From: Malacoraja senta
Lineage: Eukaryota
Length of the DNA stretch: 64,000 nt
Direction of reading: 5' to 3'
Assembly: GCA_038087875.1 (NCBI GenBank)
Contig: CM075980.1
Coordinates: 17,856,001 to 17,920,000 of the forward strand
Below are positions 50,543-62,913 of this stretch, in pieces. The notes beneath the pieces were generated by a model. That model did no database searches. It worked only from the letters and a program-made list of their open reading frames with translations, and was not told the DNA's origin. The translations under genes were made by a program, and so were the position numbers. Within the stretch, counting starts at the first letter, position 1. Each line of letters opens with the position of its first letter.

Positions 50543-52123
50543 GTGGGAGACGAAATGGCCCAAGTAGAGATTTGAACTTTTTTAATGCACCTTAAGTATT
50601 TGTTTGACATTTTAATCTGTAGCCAGTAATCAACTCAAATACTACATTTTCAAATTAAATGACTTTATAGAATCTGCATATACACTTGTTAAAATGCATG
50701 TAAACTAAAGGCATAAGCATGCTGATCTTTGCCGATCTGTACACTAATTTGATTTTGATTCAAGAGTAGCATGTATCAAATACTGAATATAGATCCACTA
50801 ATTGTTGATTTAATTAATATTAAGCTGCTTTTCGCTGTCATTTCCCCTCACTGGACAGTTACCACCCCAAAAACAGCATCCTTTGCAAATATCCAGTTGT
50901 ATTGATTGCAGCTTCGTTTTTTGTGTACATCATTTATTGGTCACGTGTCATTTGTTCAGTGAGGCTAGCTGGCAACAAGTAGTTTGATAGTTCTCCAATT
51001 ACATATGGAGATTCTCAGCTGTACTGTAATAGTCTGTACAAAACAGTATGCATCACTCTATGCCTAAAGATCACCTAAAGCCAGTAGAGTATGTCAGGAT
51101 AAATTTATTGAGCACATTAGTTGCTTCAATGCCATTTTCCAATACTTGACATGGACTTGGAGAAAGATTGAATTAAGGAATTATGATTGAATAGGAATAT
51201 TGAACAGTTTGTTTGATTCTAATTGGCTAATTCACAATTTCTATTTTATTGTTGTAACTATGCATATCCATTATACTGCTTGGCTTGATTTTTTTTTCAC
51301 ACAATACAAATTTACAGCTGTGGAAATTCATTCAGAGCATTTGTGCATAATGTAACTGGGAATGTAGGGAACTCGATTGTGGCATTAATTTGAAAACTTT
51401 GCAGCCGAGACCTGGCACCTTTAACCTTAGATCCTGCAATAGCCAGTAATGAGTAGATAATTTCAACAAGGAAGTGAGTGGAAAGCTAATAGTTCACATG
51501 TTGTAAACTATAATTTCTTAATCTCACTTTCTGTAGCAATTATTCTTTATCAAATGATTTTTGAATGATCAAATAGCTTGATCATTATTTCTTCTTAACA
51601 AAGGCAAAACGTCCAAATTACTAAATTCATGCAAAGTTGGCATGACAATTCAGAATTTTTTTACCAGTTATAAATAATGTTAACGATCAAAATACTAACT
51701 AAAACGTAAACGCAGGTGTTGCTTTTTTCAGTTAGGAAAATCCATTTGCAGATAATAATCAATGGTAATGTAGACAAATGAGCAGATGAGATTTTAAAAA
51801 CATATATATTTAAAGAACCATTTGGCCTGTATGTTTTTTTTAAATGAAAAACTCAAGGTTAGAGGAGCGTAAGTGAGTTGATGACAGTGCTTATGGTTGG
51901 AGAAAAGATTGTTATGAAATGTTGAGTTATTTGGGTCTTTCACAAAATGCAGTTTTATGGGGAGTATCACCCTGTTAAAAATGGACAAAATTGATTTCAG
52001 TGTGGAGTCAGTAAGTTTGCAACTTTTGGCACAAAATAGCACAATGGTCATATGGTTTGCTCAAATGTTAATTTTACTGAATTAATACTTTATTCTGTTT
52101 TGCTTGGCTGTCACAATATGAAG

Positions 52124-52219
52124 GTTTTGGCAGAATTGAAAGAGTATGCAACTGAAGTAGATGTGGACTTTGTACGGAAAGCTGTGCGTGCGATTGGGCG
52201 ATGTGCAATTAAAGTTGAG
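52124..52219 (+). CDS. AP1B1: AP1B1 exon 9 ([32 protein letters not shown])
   Basis: 96 nt, aag| acceptor, GAG|gtaaaa donor. Confidence 0.96.
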
Positions 52220-52499
52220 GTAAAAAAAAATTTAAAATTATTGCTTGTACAATAAGAAGTCTTGAATCTAGTTTGTAATCCAAATCAAGAATTCATAGAG
52301 CTTGAAAAGATCAGTGGCTTCCACCCCATCGACCAAGGATAATTTTCTCTGGCTAGATCTGACAAGCTTGATGACAAAGCAGAATTCAATGATGCTCTCT
52401 AATGCAGTGTCAAATCATGATTTTGTTAAGGAAAACGCTGGTAATGTGATGTACTCTAGATTTCAGTAGTGCTGGACCAATTGATTTACCTGATTATCT

Positions 52500-52803
52500 G
52501 TGGCACAGTGGTGCAGCTGGTAGAGTTGCTGCCTCACAGCACCAGAGAACCAAGTTTGATCCTGACCAGAGGTGCAGTCTTTGTGGAGTTTGCTCGTTCT
52601 GCCTGTGGTTTCCTCCATGTGCTCTGATTTCCTCCAGGTGCGGGTTTGTAGGTTAATTGGTCTGTGGAAATTGCTCAGAGTGGAGAAGGAGAGGATGAGA
52701 AAGCGGGATTACATAGAACTAATGTGAACGGGTGATCAGTGGTCAGCGTGGGCTAGGTGGGTGAAAGGGCCTGTTTCCATGCTGCATCTTTCAATCAATC
52801 AAT
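52500..52803 (+). mobile_element. HE1-like V-SINE, near full length
   Basis: tggcacagtggtgcagctggtagag head through (tcaa)n tail. Confidence 0.8.
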
Positions 52804-53299
52804 CCTATTCCTACCCCCAATATACTTTCAATTCTTTATTTTTGGATGTTACACAGTGATATAATCTTCCATTGAACCTGATGAGCTGAAAGATAAGGCT
52901 TCACAAGGACTCTGTAAACTGAAGGGGTGCAAAGGCACTAATTCTGGTTCAGCGCATGTGCGAGGGACACTGGTTTTCTGATCCATTCAAAAGCAAATTA
53001 TGTTCGTTTTACTTGTACTTTCAATAGAATTAACAAATTACGTATCTCCAAACATTAAAGTAATTGAATTCTGTTAATGCAGTGGATTGGCACAAACTGT
53101 TCCTTTATAATGCAGAGTCAATAATGCCTGTTCCACACCTGGTTATCAGAGTTAAGATGAATATTAAACTTAATTGTGGCATTTGAGGGTTTTAATTGAC
53201 TTTGGTATATTAAAAAAATAACAAATTGCAGTTTAAATTGGCATTAATTGAATTTTTCAAACTGAAGTGAAAAACTACTTAATGGGTTGTTTGTTTCAG

Positions 53300-53415
53300 C
53301 AATCAGCAGAGCGCTGTGTGAGTACGTTACTTGACCTCATTCAAACAAAGGTAAATTACGTTGTCCAAGAAGCTATTGTGGTAATCAAGGATATTTTCCG
53401 CAAATACCCCAATAA
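53300..53415 (+). CDS. AP1B1: AP1B1 exon 10 ([39 protein letters not shown])
   Basis: 116 nt, AG/GT boundaries. Confidence 0.96.
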
Positions 53416-54547
53416 GTAAGTTCATGCTTTCTTCACTAATTTATCCATTTTATATCCCTGCATTTTTTCAGTTCCACTTTTGTCACTTAGTGTGCGTGCA
53501 AACGCACGTAAATTTTTAAACAAATAAAGAAATATATAAATAATAAATATAAAGGATGATTGAGCCAAGCAAATAATTCATTCCAGGTTGTTGTTTTTGT
53601 GAAATTTAATGTTATTCAGAAAACAATATATTTTCAGAAGAAAATATTAAAAGTGTTTGTTGTAATATTTAGTTGTAAAGTTTGACTGAAATTACTCAAA
53701 GCAACTTCACAAATTAAACCTGTTGACTTCTTGCTTCAGTCGGGTCACTTTTGACAGTAATTTAACCATGGTCCTTTGCAGTTATAAATTTGAACAGTTA
53801 TGTTGCCATTGAAGGTGAATTTAGTGAAAAAGTATTTGCCTTGATTTTGCCACCTTCAAAATGAATTCTTTAAAAAAAATTGTTTTGATATATTTTATAC
53901 CACTGACAACAAAACATAATTTCAAAGGAAAGATTGCTTCAATTGACTGATTACAGAATTATTCATTTATAATCATGCTAGTTTTTATCGGCATAATCTT
54001 TGTTTCCCCGTCCCTATCTTCCATCCTTTTTAAAATGCTAAAGTCCTCTGGTTTTATACCATTTAATTTAATCCACTCTATTTGTGTGATGTCTGGCAGA
54101 TTTATTCACTCGAAGCTCAGCCTTTGCTGTCATTACTGAATGCAGTGGTATTAGTTAAAGTTTGAATAATCAAATAATATTTTGCACACGTACTGAATAC
54201 ATTTCTGTGTATTAGAATGCGTGAGAATGTTTTGTTGTATAAATGTATGCATTATGAAGATGCTAAATTCCCCAGTTAATTCAGCCAAGACTTTAATTAA
54301 TATCGGGTTACAATAGACAATAGGTGCAGGAGTAGGCCATTCGGCCCTTCGAGCCAGCAATTTTGGGTTTTCATTAATTTGACTCCACTTCAACCCACAG
54401 TTAAGCCCTTCCTCCGCATTTATACTAGTCCATTGGATAGATTGATTCAATGATTATTTTGCAAAAATAATGTGTATATATAGGGAATATTGGCTGTTTT
54501 TAAATCTTATTCCTGAATGCCGTCTTAATGTCTTGCTTGTTGTTGAG

Positions 54548-54713
54548 GTATGAGAGTGTTATTGCAACACTTTGTGAAAATCTTGACTCTTTGGATGAGC
54601 CCGAAGCAAGAGCAGCAATGATATGGATAGTAGGAGAATATGCAGAAAGAATTGACAATGCTGATGAGCTATTGGAGAGTTTCCTAGAAGGATTCCATGA
54701 TGAAAGCACACAG
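54548..54713 (+). CDS. AP1B1: AP1B1 exon 11 ([31 protein letters not shown]...DESTQ)
   Basis: 166 nt; frame requires a gag| acceptor; CAG|gtaagg donor. Confidence 0.95.
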
Positions 54714-55511
54714 GTAAGGAATAGCATTTAAATTTTCCTGGGAAAAGTAATTGATTTATTTACACAGGGTGTTGAGTGCCTGGAAAACGCTACCAGGGGT
54801 GGTGGTTGAGGCAACTACAATAGTGGCACGTAAGAGAGTTTTGGATAGCCATATTAATATACAGGGATTTGAGGGATATGAAATTTGTGCAGGCAGTTAA
54901 GAGTTAGTCTTTGCATCATATTAGGCACAAATATAGTGAGCCGAAGGGCCTATTCTTGTGCTGCACTGTTCTATGTTAGATGCTTCTAGGGAGGCCCAAA
55001 TATAAGATAGTTGTTAAGACTCTCTTGTGAGATCCGGAAGCTGCAATGGAAGGAATGCAAATGTTATGAAGGAAAAATACACAAGGCACTGGCACAATTA
55101 AAATAATTATTAATTTATAATGGTAGAATAGTATAGGAACATTAAAGGAAAGTGGTAGAGTGGAATAACAGTTTAAAAAGGTGTGCAGTGGGAATAGTTA
55201 GTGGCCTTGCATTCCAAAACCAAAACTAATGCAAGAAGGCAAGTTAAAATCACAGAATAGCAGTTTGAAAATTTGAATTCTGTTTCATAATAGAAATGTA
55301 TATTAATAAAAGGCAAACTGAGTGGCTGGCTTGTCCAAAAAGTTCACTGATTCATTGTTTTTTTGATGGACTGGTGTCCTGCATGTTCTCAATCACACTC
55401 TGTTAATTTGGTCAGAAAAAGATAGCTTATAATAAAATGTGCACATATAATAAGTATAGAGCTTTTGCAGGCACAATGCCAGTGGATATTATCCCCAACG
55501 ATACTTGAGGG

Positions 55512-55691
55512 GGTGGTGACGTTTCGGGTCAGAACTCTTCTTCAGACATGGTATTGACATTGTCTGAAGAAGGGTTCCAACCCGACATGTCACCTATTCT
55601 GTTTCTCTAGAGTTTTTGCCCGGCCCGCTGTTATTCCAGCATTTTGTGTCTATCTTCGGTATAAACAAGCATTGGCAGTTCCTTTCTACAC
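55512..55691. mobile_element. Inverted pair of Penelope termini with two hammerhead-like cores
   Basis: Perfect 11-bp direct repeat ATACTTGAGGG at 55501 and 55692. Confidence 0.8.
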
Positions 55692-56009
55692 ATACTTGAG
55701 GGAGTTCTCTGCCAGTGTGGTGCCTTCTATATTGAAATTGCAAAATTCCTTATTAGGTGAAACAATTTAAAACGTAGCCAATAAAATGTAAATAATATCA
55801 CTGGAGTTCCCAATGTAATAGTAATATTGATGACTTCTATTTACATTTTCTGTGTTGGGAATACTTTGTACTCTGAATGTAAAGTTGTTGTGGCATTGAA
55901 TGCAATTTACAAATTCTAAGTGTCCAAAAATTTGGTTTTGCTATTTTTAACATTATTATTGAAAAATGCATTTCGTGATATTTCATGGCATTTTTATGTT
56001 TTATAACAG

Positions 56010-56108
56010 GTCCAACTACAACTTTTGACTGCCATAGTGAAGCTATTCTTAAAAAAACCAACCGAGACACAAGAACTGGTGCAACAGGTTTTAAGCTTGG
56101 CAACACAG
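56010..56108 (+). CDS. AP1B1: AP1B1 exon 12 (VQLQLLTAIVKLFLKKPTETQELVQQVLSLATQ)
   Basis: 99 nt, AG/GT boundaries. Confidence 0.96.
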
Positions 56109-57302
56109 GTTTGGTAACATTGTTTTCCTATGTTTAGAGAGTTACATAGTTGGGTGTGCAAATTTAAGAAAAGCAACCTTGCTATATATTGCAGGCAGCA
56201 GTACATTACTTCTGCTTTTTATTCCCTGAAGCACTTTTTGGTGTACTCTGGTGTATGCAGCATAATGGAATAATCCTTTTGGAAGTTGGAAAATGATTAT
56301 TAGTGGCTAATTTCAGTGTACAGGTAACACTGGAATTTAAGTGCTCAGCAAAGAAATATGTTGAGTTAATTTTTAATAGAGGCTTAGACTACATGACAGT
56401 TGATGCATGGTAATGGAGTGTGAATCGTTTAAAGGAACTAGTCAGAGATTTTGTGTTTGCATGCTTATTTTATTTATTATTAGCAACTTAACTGCTAGTC
56501 AGTCAAAAACTGGAAAAATAATCTGTATTTACAGAGAAACATGGCCTTCATATTTTGAAGTAACAGAGCAGGACAGAGACCAGAGTCTTTGGTAAATAAG
56601 TTGTTTAAATAGTCATTCATATAGTGAAGAATGCAAGTATATCATTTTAGTTTGGTTTATTGTCACGTCTACCAAGGTACAATGAAAAGCTTTTGTTGCG
56701 TACTGACTAGTCAATGGAAAGACTGTACATGATTACAATTCAGCCGTCCACAGTGCACAGGTACATGATAAATGGAAAAGTCCGACAAAATATATAGTCC
56801 GAAGGTCTCCACTGAGGTACATGGTAGCTCAGGGACGCTCTCTAGTTGTTGATAGTTGTTCAGTTGCCTGATAACACCTGTGACGAAACTGTCCCTGAAT
56901 TTGGAGGTGTGCACTTTCACACTTCTATACCTCTTGCCCAAATGGGAGAGGGGAGAAGAGGGAGTGACTGGGGCAAGACTCGTCCTTGAGTATATACAAG
57001 TACTCATTAGACATGAGCTAGGAGATGTTGAAATTCGGTGGTACTTTTTTGTCATGTACCTAGGTACAGTGAAATTCCACTTTTTGCAAACAATTCAGAA
57101 AAGATTATACCACACTCGTATATAGTACGCTGTATGATTATAAAAGCTGTACTCACATGGTGTTGCCACATCTGAGTTCAATTTTGACCACTGTTAAACA
57201 GAACAGATCTAGAACAGTCGAAACAAGTCAAGTCAATTATCATATGCACAGATATGGTGAGGTACAAGTACAATGAAAATCTTGCAGCACCATCACGGGC
57301 AC

Positions 57303-57566
57303 AGGACCTTCGGCCCACCGAGTCTGCCCCAACCACCAATCACCCCATACACTAGCACTATCCAACACACCTGGGACAATTTACAGAGACCAATTAACCT
57401 ACAAACCTATACGTCTTTGGGATGTGGAAGGAAACCGGAGTACCTGGAGAAAACCCCCACGGACACAGAGAGAATATACAAACTCCATACAGGCAGCGTG
57501 GTCAAGATCAACCCAGGTCCCTGGTGTTGTAAGGCAACAACTCTACCACTGCATCACAGTGCCGTC
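57303..57566 (-). mobile_element. HE1-like V-SINE
   Basis: Family match on the reverse strand. Confidence 0.75.
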
Positions 57567-57949
57567 CAGTTAAATTATCTATAAATCATGCGTGAAAATA
57601 CATAAAATTCTGCAAGTCAGTAAAAAGAAAGGAGACCTTGTGGAATAAAAACAAAACATTATTACAAAACATAATTAGTAAAGCCAGTCTGAAGTGCTGC
57701 AATACTAATCCCACAAGAAGCTCTGTTTATCTTACATTCTGTTGTGGAAGCACGGTGTTAAAATGAGGCTCGGGGGATCTTCAAGCTTTGCCAGGAATTG
57801 GAATTTGAGAAAATATCAGTTGGTCTTGGGGACAGTAAAACTAAAATGCTGTGCTAGAAGAAAAGTTTTCCGACAGAGTGAAACACATTTCTCACTGAGT
57901 GTGGAAGGTTTTGAAAGGAAATTCATGAGATCCATTTAATTAAAAATGG

Positions 57950-58275
57950 GGTGAGACAGTGATGCAGTGGGTACTGCAGCTGTCTCAGAGCTTCAGTCAC
58001 CCGAGTTCAGCACTGACCTCCAATGCTGCTTATGGAGAGTCTGCAAGTTCACCCTTTGACTGTGTGTGTGTTTCTTTCAGGTATTTTGGTTTCCTCCCAC
58101 ATCTCAAAGATATACTGATTATTCGGTCAATTGACTACTGTAAATTGCCCCTGGCGATGGTGCCTGGTGGGAATATTATTTGTATGCTAGTGAGCAGATG
58201 TGAAGGAATATTTTGCAAGAAAACAACTGGTAGAATGGGATTACTCTGTGAGCCGGCGTAGAATCAATAGGCCAA
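57950..58275 (+). mobile_element. Older HE1-like V-SINE
   Basis: Diverged head, ggtttcctcccacatctcaaaga core. Confidence 0.6.
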
Positions 58276-59316
58276 TGGGTGCAAGCGTTGAGATGCACCA
58301 TTAATTATTATTAGAATCAAGATCACTCTCTGCCTTGCATACATCCATCATAATTGAAGTTTTGTCTTCCAATGCTGAACTGCAGTGACCGTGTCTCACA
58401 TTCTGCAACAGTGCAGCAGTAATTTAATTCACATGGTGAAATTAGTTACACGATGCAGGTCAGTTACAAAGAGCTTTTATTCGTGGTTTTAGAAACTGAT
58501 GACTGATGAGGTATTTGTAACTAGAGGACACAGATTTAAAATAACTGGCAAAATACCAATTCCGACAATTAGCAGAGGCATAATACACTACACAACAAAT
58601 ATTACTGTTCTGTAATTTTGAAGAGAGATTGGCAATATTTGTTACATTGGCATTTCTTTAAAGGAAAGATAGAAAGCATTTTTCTTTGTTTTGGGCACAG
58701 AATACTCATATACCTTCAGTAGAGATCTACCTGCACATTCCGGATGAGATTTTTAACACGCTATATTATAGAATTATAGAAATATACAGCACAGAAATGG
58801 GCCCTTATCACCCCTTTCACCCATGGCTACGTGATGGCCTCCACTGTGTTTTGTCTGCTTCACTGCAAAATCTCCTCAAGGTATCCCTACTTTGAAGACG
58901 TTCTCCTTCAAGAGTTCTGCAATACCCTCTCTCACTGCTCCCCCTCTATGCACCTCCAGTTTATTTCCTCCTCCAGAGATGCAGTCTGACCTGCTGGATT
59001 ACTCCAACATTTTGTGTCTATTTTCTATCTATATCCCATTTGACCTGTATCCCTCTACTCCTTTCCTGTCCAAATGTTTATTTGCCAATCACTAAAATTA
59101 AAACATTTTAAAAGGAGAACTTGCATTTATATTTGTGAGTCTATAGGTTGTAGGTTCTCCAATATTATTTTCATCCTTGTGATTTTAACGTTGATCTAAT
59201 GTGAACAGTGCCACAAGTAATATGTCAATGAAATTGTGCTTAAATAAACTGTCAATTACACACATTGCTGCTGCTGCACATTGCTGCAAAACCAGAAATT
59301 AGAAATCCATTTGCGT

Positions 59317-59780
59317 AGAGTCATAGAGTGATACATTGTGGAAACAGGCCCTTTGACCCAACTCGCCCACACCGGCCAACAATGTCCCAGCTACCCTAGT
59401 CCCACTTGTCTGCACTTGGTCCATAACCCTCCAAACATGTCCTATTCATGTCCAACTGTTTCTTAAATGATGGGATAGTCCCAGCCTCAACTCTTCCTCT
59501 GGCAGCTTGTTCCATACACCCTCCAGCCTCTGTGTGGAAAAAGTTACCCCTCGGATTCCTATTAAATCTTTTCCCCTTCACCTTGAACCTATGTCCTCTG
59601 GTCCTCTATTCCCCTACTCTGGATAAAAGACTCTGTGCACCCATCTGATCTATTCCTCTCATGATTTTGTATACCTCTATAAGATCACCACTCATCCTCC
59701 TACGCTCCATGGAATAGAGACCCAGCCTACTCAACCTCCCCCCATAGCTCACACCCTCTAGTCCTGGCAACATCCTCGTG
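59317..59780 (-). mobile_element. CR1/HER1 LINE 3' fragment
   Basis: Minus strand RMLPGLEGVSYGGRLSRLGLYSMERRRMSGDLIEVYKIMRGID. Confidence 0.88.
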
Positions 59781-59947
59781 TGCAATGCCACCTCCAACTA
59801 AACTTTGAGAGGATAGATATGTCTTTCATTTTAATTGCTCTTGACTTAATCTGGTACATTTTAAGGGATTAGCTGCCCCTGGTTTGAATTGTACTTTAAA
59901 GAAAGACATTTCAAAGTTGAATAACAGTAACTTAAAGGCTCTAATGT

Positions 59948-60255
59948 AGTTTAAACTTTACTTTAGACTTTAGAGATACAGCGCGGAGTCAGCCCCTCGG
60001 GCCGCCGAGTCTGCACCGACTAGCGATCACCCCATACACTAATACTATCCTACATACTAAGGACAATTTGCAATTTTACTGAACCCAATTAACCTGCAAA
60101 CCTGTACATCTTTGGAGTGTGGGAGGAAACTGGAGCGTTCGATGAAAACCTACGCAGTGACAGGGAGAACATGCAAACTCTGTAGATACAGTACCCGTAG
60201 GCAGGATTGAACCCGGGTCTCTGGCACTGTGAGGCAGCAGCTCTACCGCTGCGCC
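59948..60255 (-). mobile_element. HE1-like V-SINE
   Basis: Family match on the reverse strand. Confidence 0.75.
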
Positions 60256-60478
60256 AGTTATCTATTTTTAGTTAGTGCAACAGTCCTTACAGGAAGTAAT
60301 TACCAAGCATTTTCTGCTGGGACGATTTATTTTGATAAAACTGTAAACTTGGTATCTCTCTTGATTACATTTTTTATTCAGTGTTTGTTAACCGATTGCT
60401 GCTATCAATAGCAAACAATTATATAGTTTTGATTTGTAACTTGAGAATGATTTCTGGTGTATCTTTCTAATATTACAG

Positions 60479-60738
60479 GATTCTGACAACCCTGACTTGA
60501 GAGACCGTGGCTATATATACTGGCGTCTACTTTCCACAGATCCAGTGGCAGCAAAAGAAGTTGTATTGGCAGAAAAACCTCTGATTTCAGAAGAAACTGA
60601 CCTTATTGAACCAACCCTCCTTGATGAATTAATTTGCCATATTGGAACACTGGCCTCTGTGTACCATAAACCACCCAGTGCGTTTGTGGAAGGCAGCAGA
60701 GGTGTTCAACACAAGAGGCTACCACCACGATCTGGATC
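60479..60738 (+). CDS. AP1B1: AP1B1 exon 13 ([34 protein letters not shown]...KRLPPRSGS)
   Basis: 260 nt, AG acceptor, TC|gtgagt donor. Confidence 0.97.
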
Positions 60739-60763
60739 GTGAGTACAAATGTAAAAGCTACTA

Positions 60764-61349
60764 CAGTAAACCCTCGCAGTTTCAGACCTCTGTATAATGG
60801 ATTTCAGTTATAGCGGGCCAAGGTGTCCGTTCGTGGTGGCGCACAGCACAGCGGAAAGGTGGTGGCGGGGAGAGTGAGCAGTAAAACAATCTTTAAGAGT
60901 GTTGCATTGGGCTCGGGTTTGCAGCGGCTGCCACAAAGCGTCCTGGGGTGTTGGATGCAGACGTGGCACATGCCTGTCGTCATAGCAATGCAAGCTTCGG
61001 TCACCTGGTAACGGTGCCAGGCTCCCGTTGCATCGCGCGCCCCTTCCACCAGGTTACACAACGAGTTGGCACCATGCTGCGTGCTACCGGTTGCGGGAGC
61101 AGAGAGAGCGAGCAGCATGAAGGCGGCGTGAGTACCAGGCACATCCCTGGCACTCTACATGTGGAGCCGGGGGCTCTGCCTGTGAATTCCCACTGGTTTA
61201 ACCCCCCGGACGTTTCTCCCCACCCAGCCTTGGGTTAAACATTGATATTCACCTTCCACACCCGGTTATAGCTGACAATCGGCAATAACGGGCACCGTTT
61301 CCCCCCCCCCCCCCCCCCCCCCCCCCCGTGGTCCGTCAAAGGTTTACTG
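60764..61349. mobile_element. Tc1/mariner (Tigger/pogo-like) MITE
   Basis: TA|CAGTAAACC ... GGTTTACTG ends; subterminal GTTATAGC repeats; internal C27 run at 61301-61327. Confidence 0.7.
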
Positions 61350-61479
61350 AACTTCATCTGTTTTCTTCCAATCCACCCAAGAAATTGGAAAATAATGTGA
61401 TTTTAAGGGTGTTTATTTCTGGCTTCTCAAAAGAGAGAGATCTTTAAAGCTTGAGTTTACCTCAGTAAAGTATCACAGC

Positions 61480-61866
61480 ACCCACATATTTCATTTGGTT
61501 AGCTTATAACACAGCAGTATGAACATTGAATTCTCCAATTTTAAATAAATTCATTTTACACTCCTTCCCTCTCTCCCTCCCTCTTTGCCCCCTTCCTTCA
61601 CCCAGGTCATTTTACAATTCCCACAGTTCTCCACATTGTTTCCCTTAATTTCACAATCACAATTTCTCTAGTCTGCAATGGACCTACCAGGCACCATCCT
61701 GCCTGAGGTCATTTGTGGCTGGCCCTGATTGGTCGCTTCTCGCTTCCAGCTCTTCACCGCCCCCTACTTTAAGTCTGAAGATGTGTCCCGACCCAAAACG
61801 CCACCAATCCTTTTTCTCCAGAGATGCTGCCTGACCAGCTGAGTTATTCCAGCACTTTGTGTCTAT
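61480..61866 (+). mobile_element. Older Penelope-like 3' fragment
   Basis: SSMNIEFSNFK* end, paralogous to the 37403 copy; degenerate CTGAAGA...AAAACG core; shared tail. Confidence 0.65.
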
Positions 61867-62314
61867 GACACATTATCAATGTAAATAGCATACTGCATCC
61901 CCTCCCCATTTTCTTGCAAAAACCATTTTGTATGCAAATGGTCCACATTTATTATCCTGGGGATCACAAAAAATCTTTAGGTGAATTATAGCCTGATCTA
62001 TATTGTTGAGTTCTTCCATTATTTTTTTTCCTCCCCATTTTCTGCATTTTCCTTGAATTTCCCTTCCATGACGGAGATAATGAGTCCTCAAATAACTATT
62101 TGGGCCAGGCTGCAGAAAATGCTGAATGCATATTTGTTTATTTAGCCTTCCTCTGGCCACACTATTGCGTTCCAGTATTCTGAAAGAATTGGATCAGAAA
62201 ATTGTGAAATGGATTGAATGTTTGTGTCACTGAAGATCATTGATCCCAACTTTGTGACCTAATTTCCTCACACTCTTCACCGCATCCATTAATCCCCAAC
62301 CCTTTATAACTCTG

Positions 62315-62503
62315 AAGATAAACACAAAATGCTGGAGTAACTCAGTTAGGCAGCATTTCTGGAGAGAAGGAATGGGTGATGTTTCAGGTCGAGACCCTTC
62401 TCCACCCCGGAACATCACCCATTCCTTCTCTCCAGAGATGCTGAGTTACTCCAGCATTTAGTCTATCTTTGGTGTAAACCAGCATTTTCAGTTCCTTCCT
62501 ACA
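62315..62503. mobile_element. Palindromic Penelope-terminus insertion
   Basis: Inverted arms (agagaaggaatgggtgatgtt / aacatcacccattccttctct); 14-bp direct repeat CCTTTATA(A/T)CTCTG at 62301 and 62504. Confidence 0.8.
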
Positions 62504-62705
62504 CCTTTATATCTCTGTTTTGGCATCTATTTTTTATCTTACTTCCGCAGTTATTTGCTATTTTTTGCCGTCTCTCCTCTTTGTACAACGTGCTTTACAA
62601 ATGCAAGTGCCTGGGCTGCTGATTTGTTCTCCAGTAACACCTACAGAATCAACATAATAATTAACCATTGTATCTAATGTCCTGAATTGTTCTCTCTTCC
62701 CTTAG

Positions 62706-62913
62706 AAATGAAAGTACCGAGAGTCCCGATGTGACTGCGACAGCGGCACCCCAGGCTGCTGAGCAACAGCCTGCTGTTATTCCTTCCCAGGGTGATCTTC
62801 TGGGCGATCTTTTGAATCTTGACCTTGGTCCCTCTGTCAATGTTCCTCCTATCCCCTCTTCAACAGTTCAGATGGGTGCCATGGATCTGCTTGGCGGTGG
62901 ATTAGACAGTTTG
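62706..62913 (+). CDS. AP1B1: AP1B1 exon 14, hinge with clathrin box LLNLD (62809-62823), ending LLGGGLDSL
   Basis: 208 nt; cumulative CDS 2004 nt = 668 codons; AG/GT boundaries. Confidence 0.95.
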
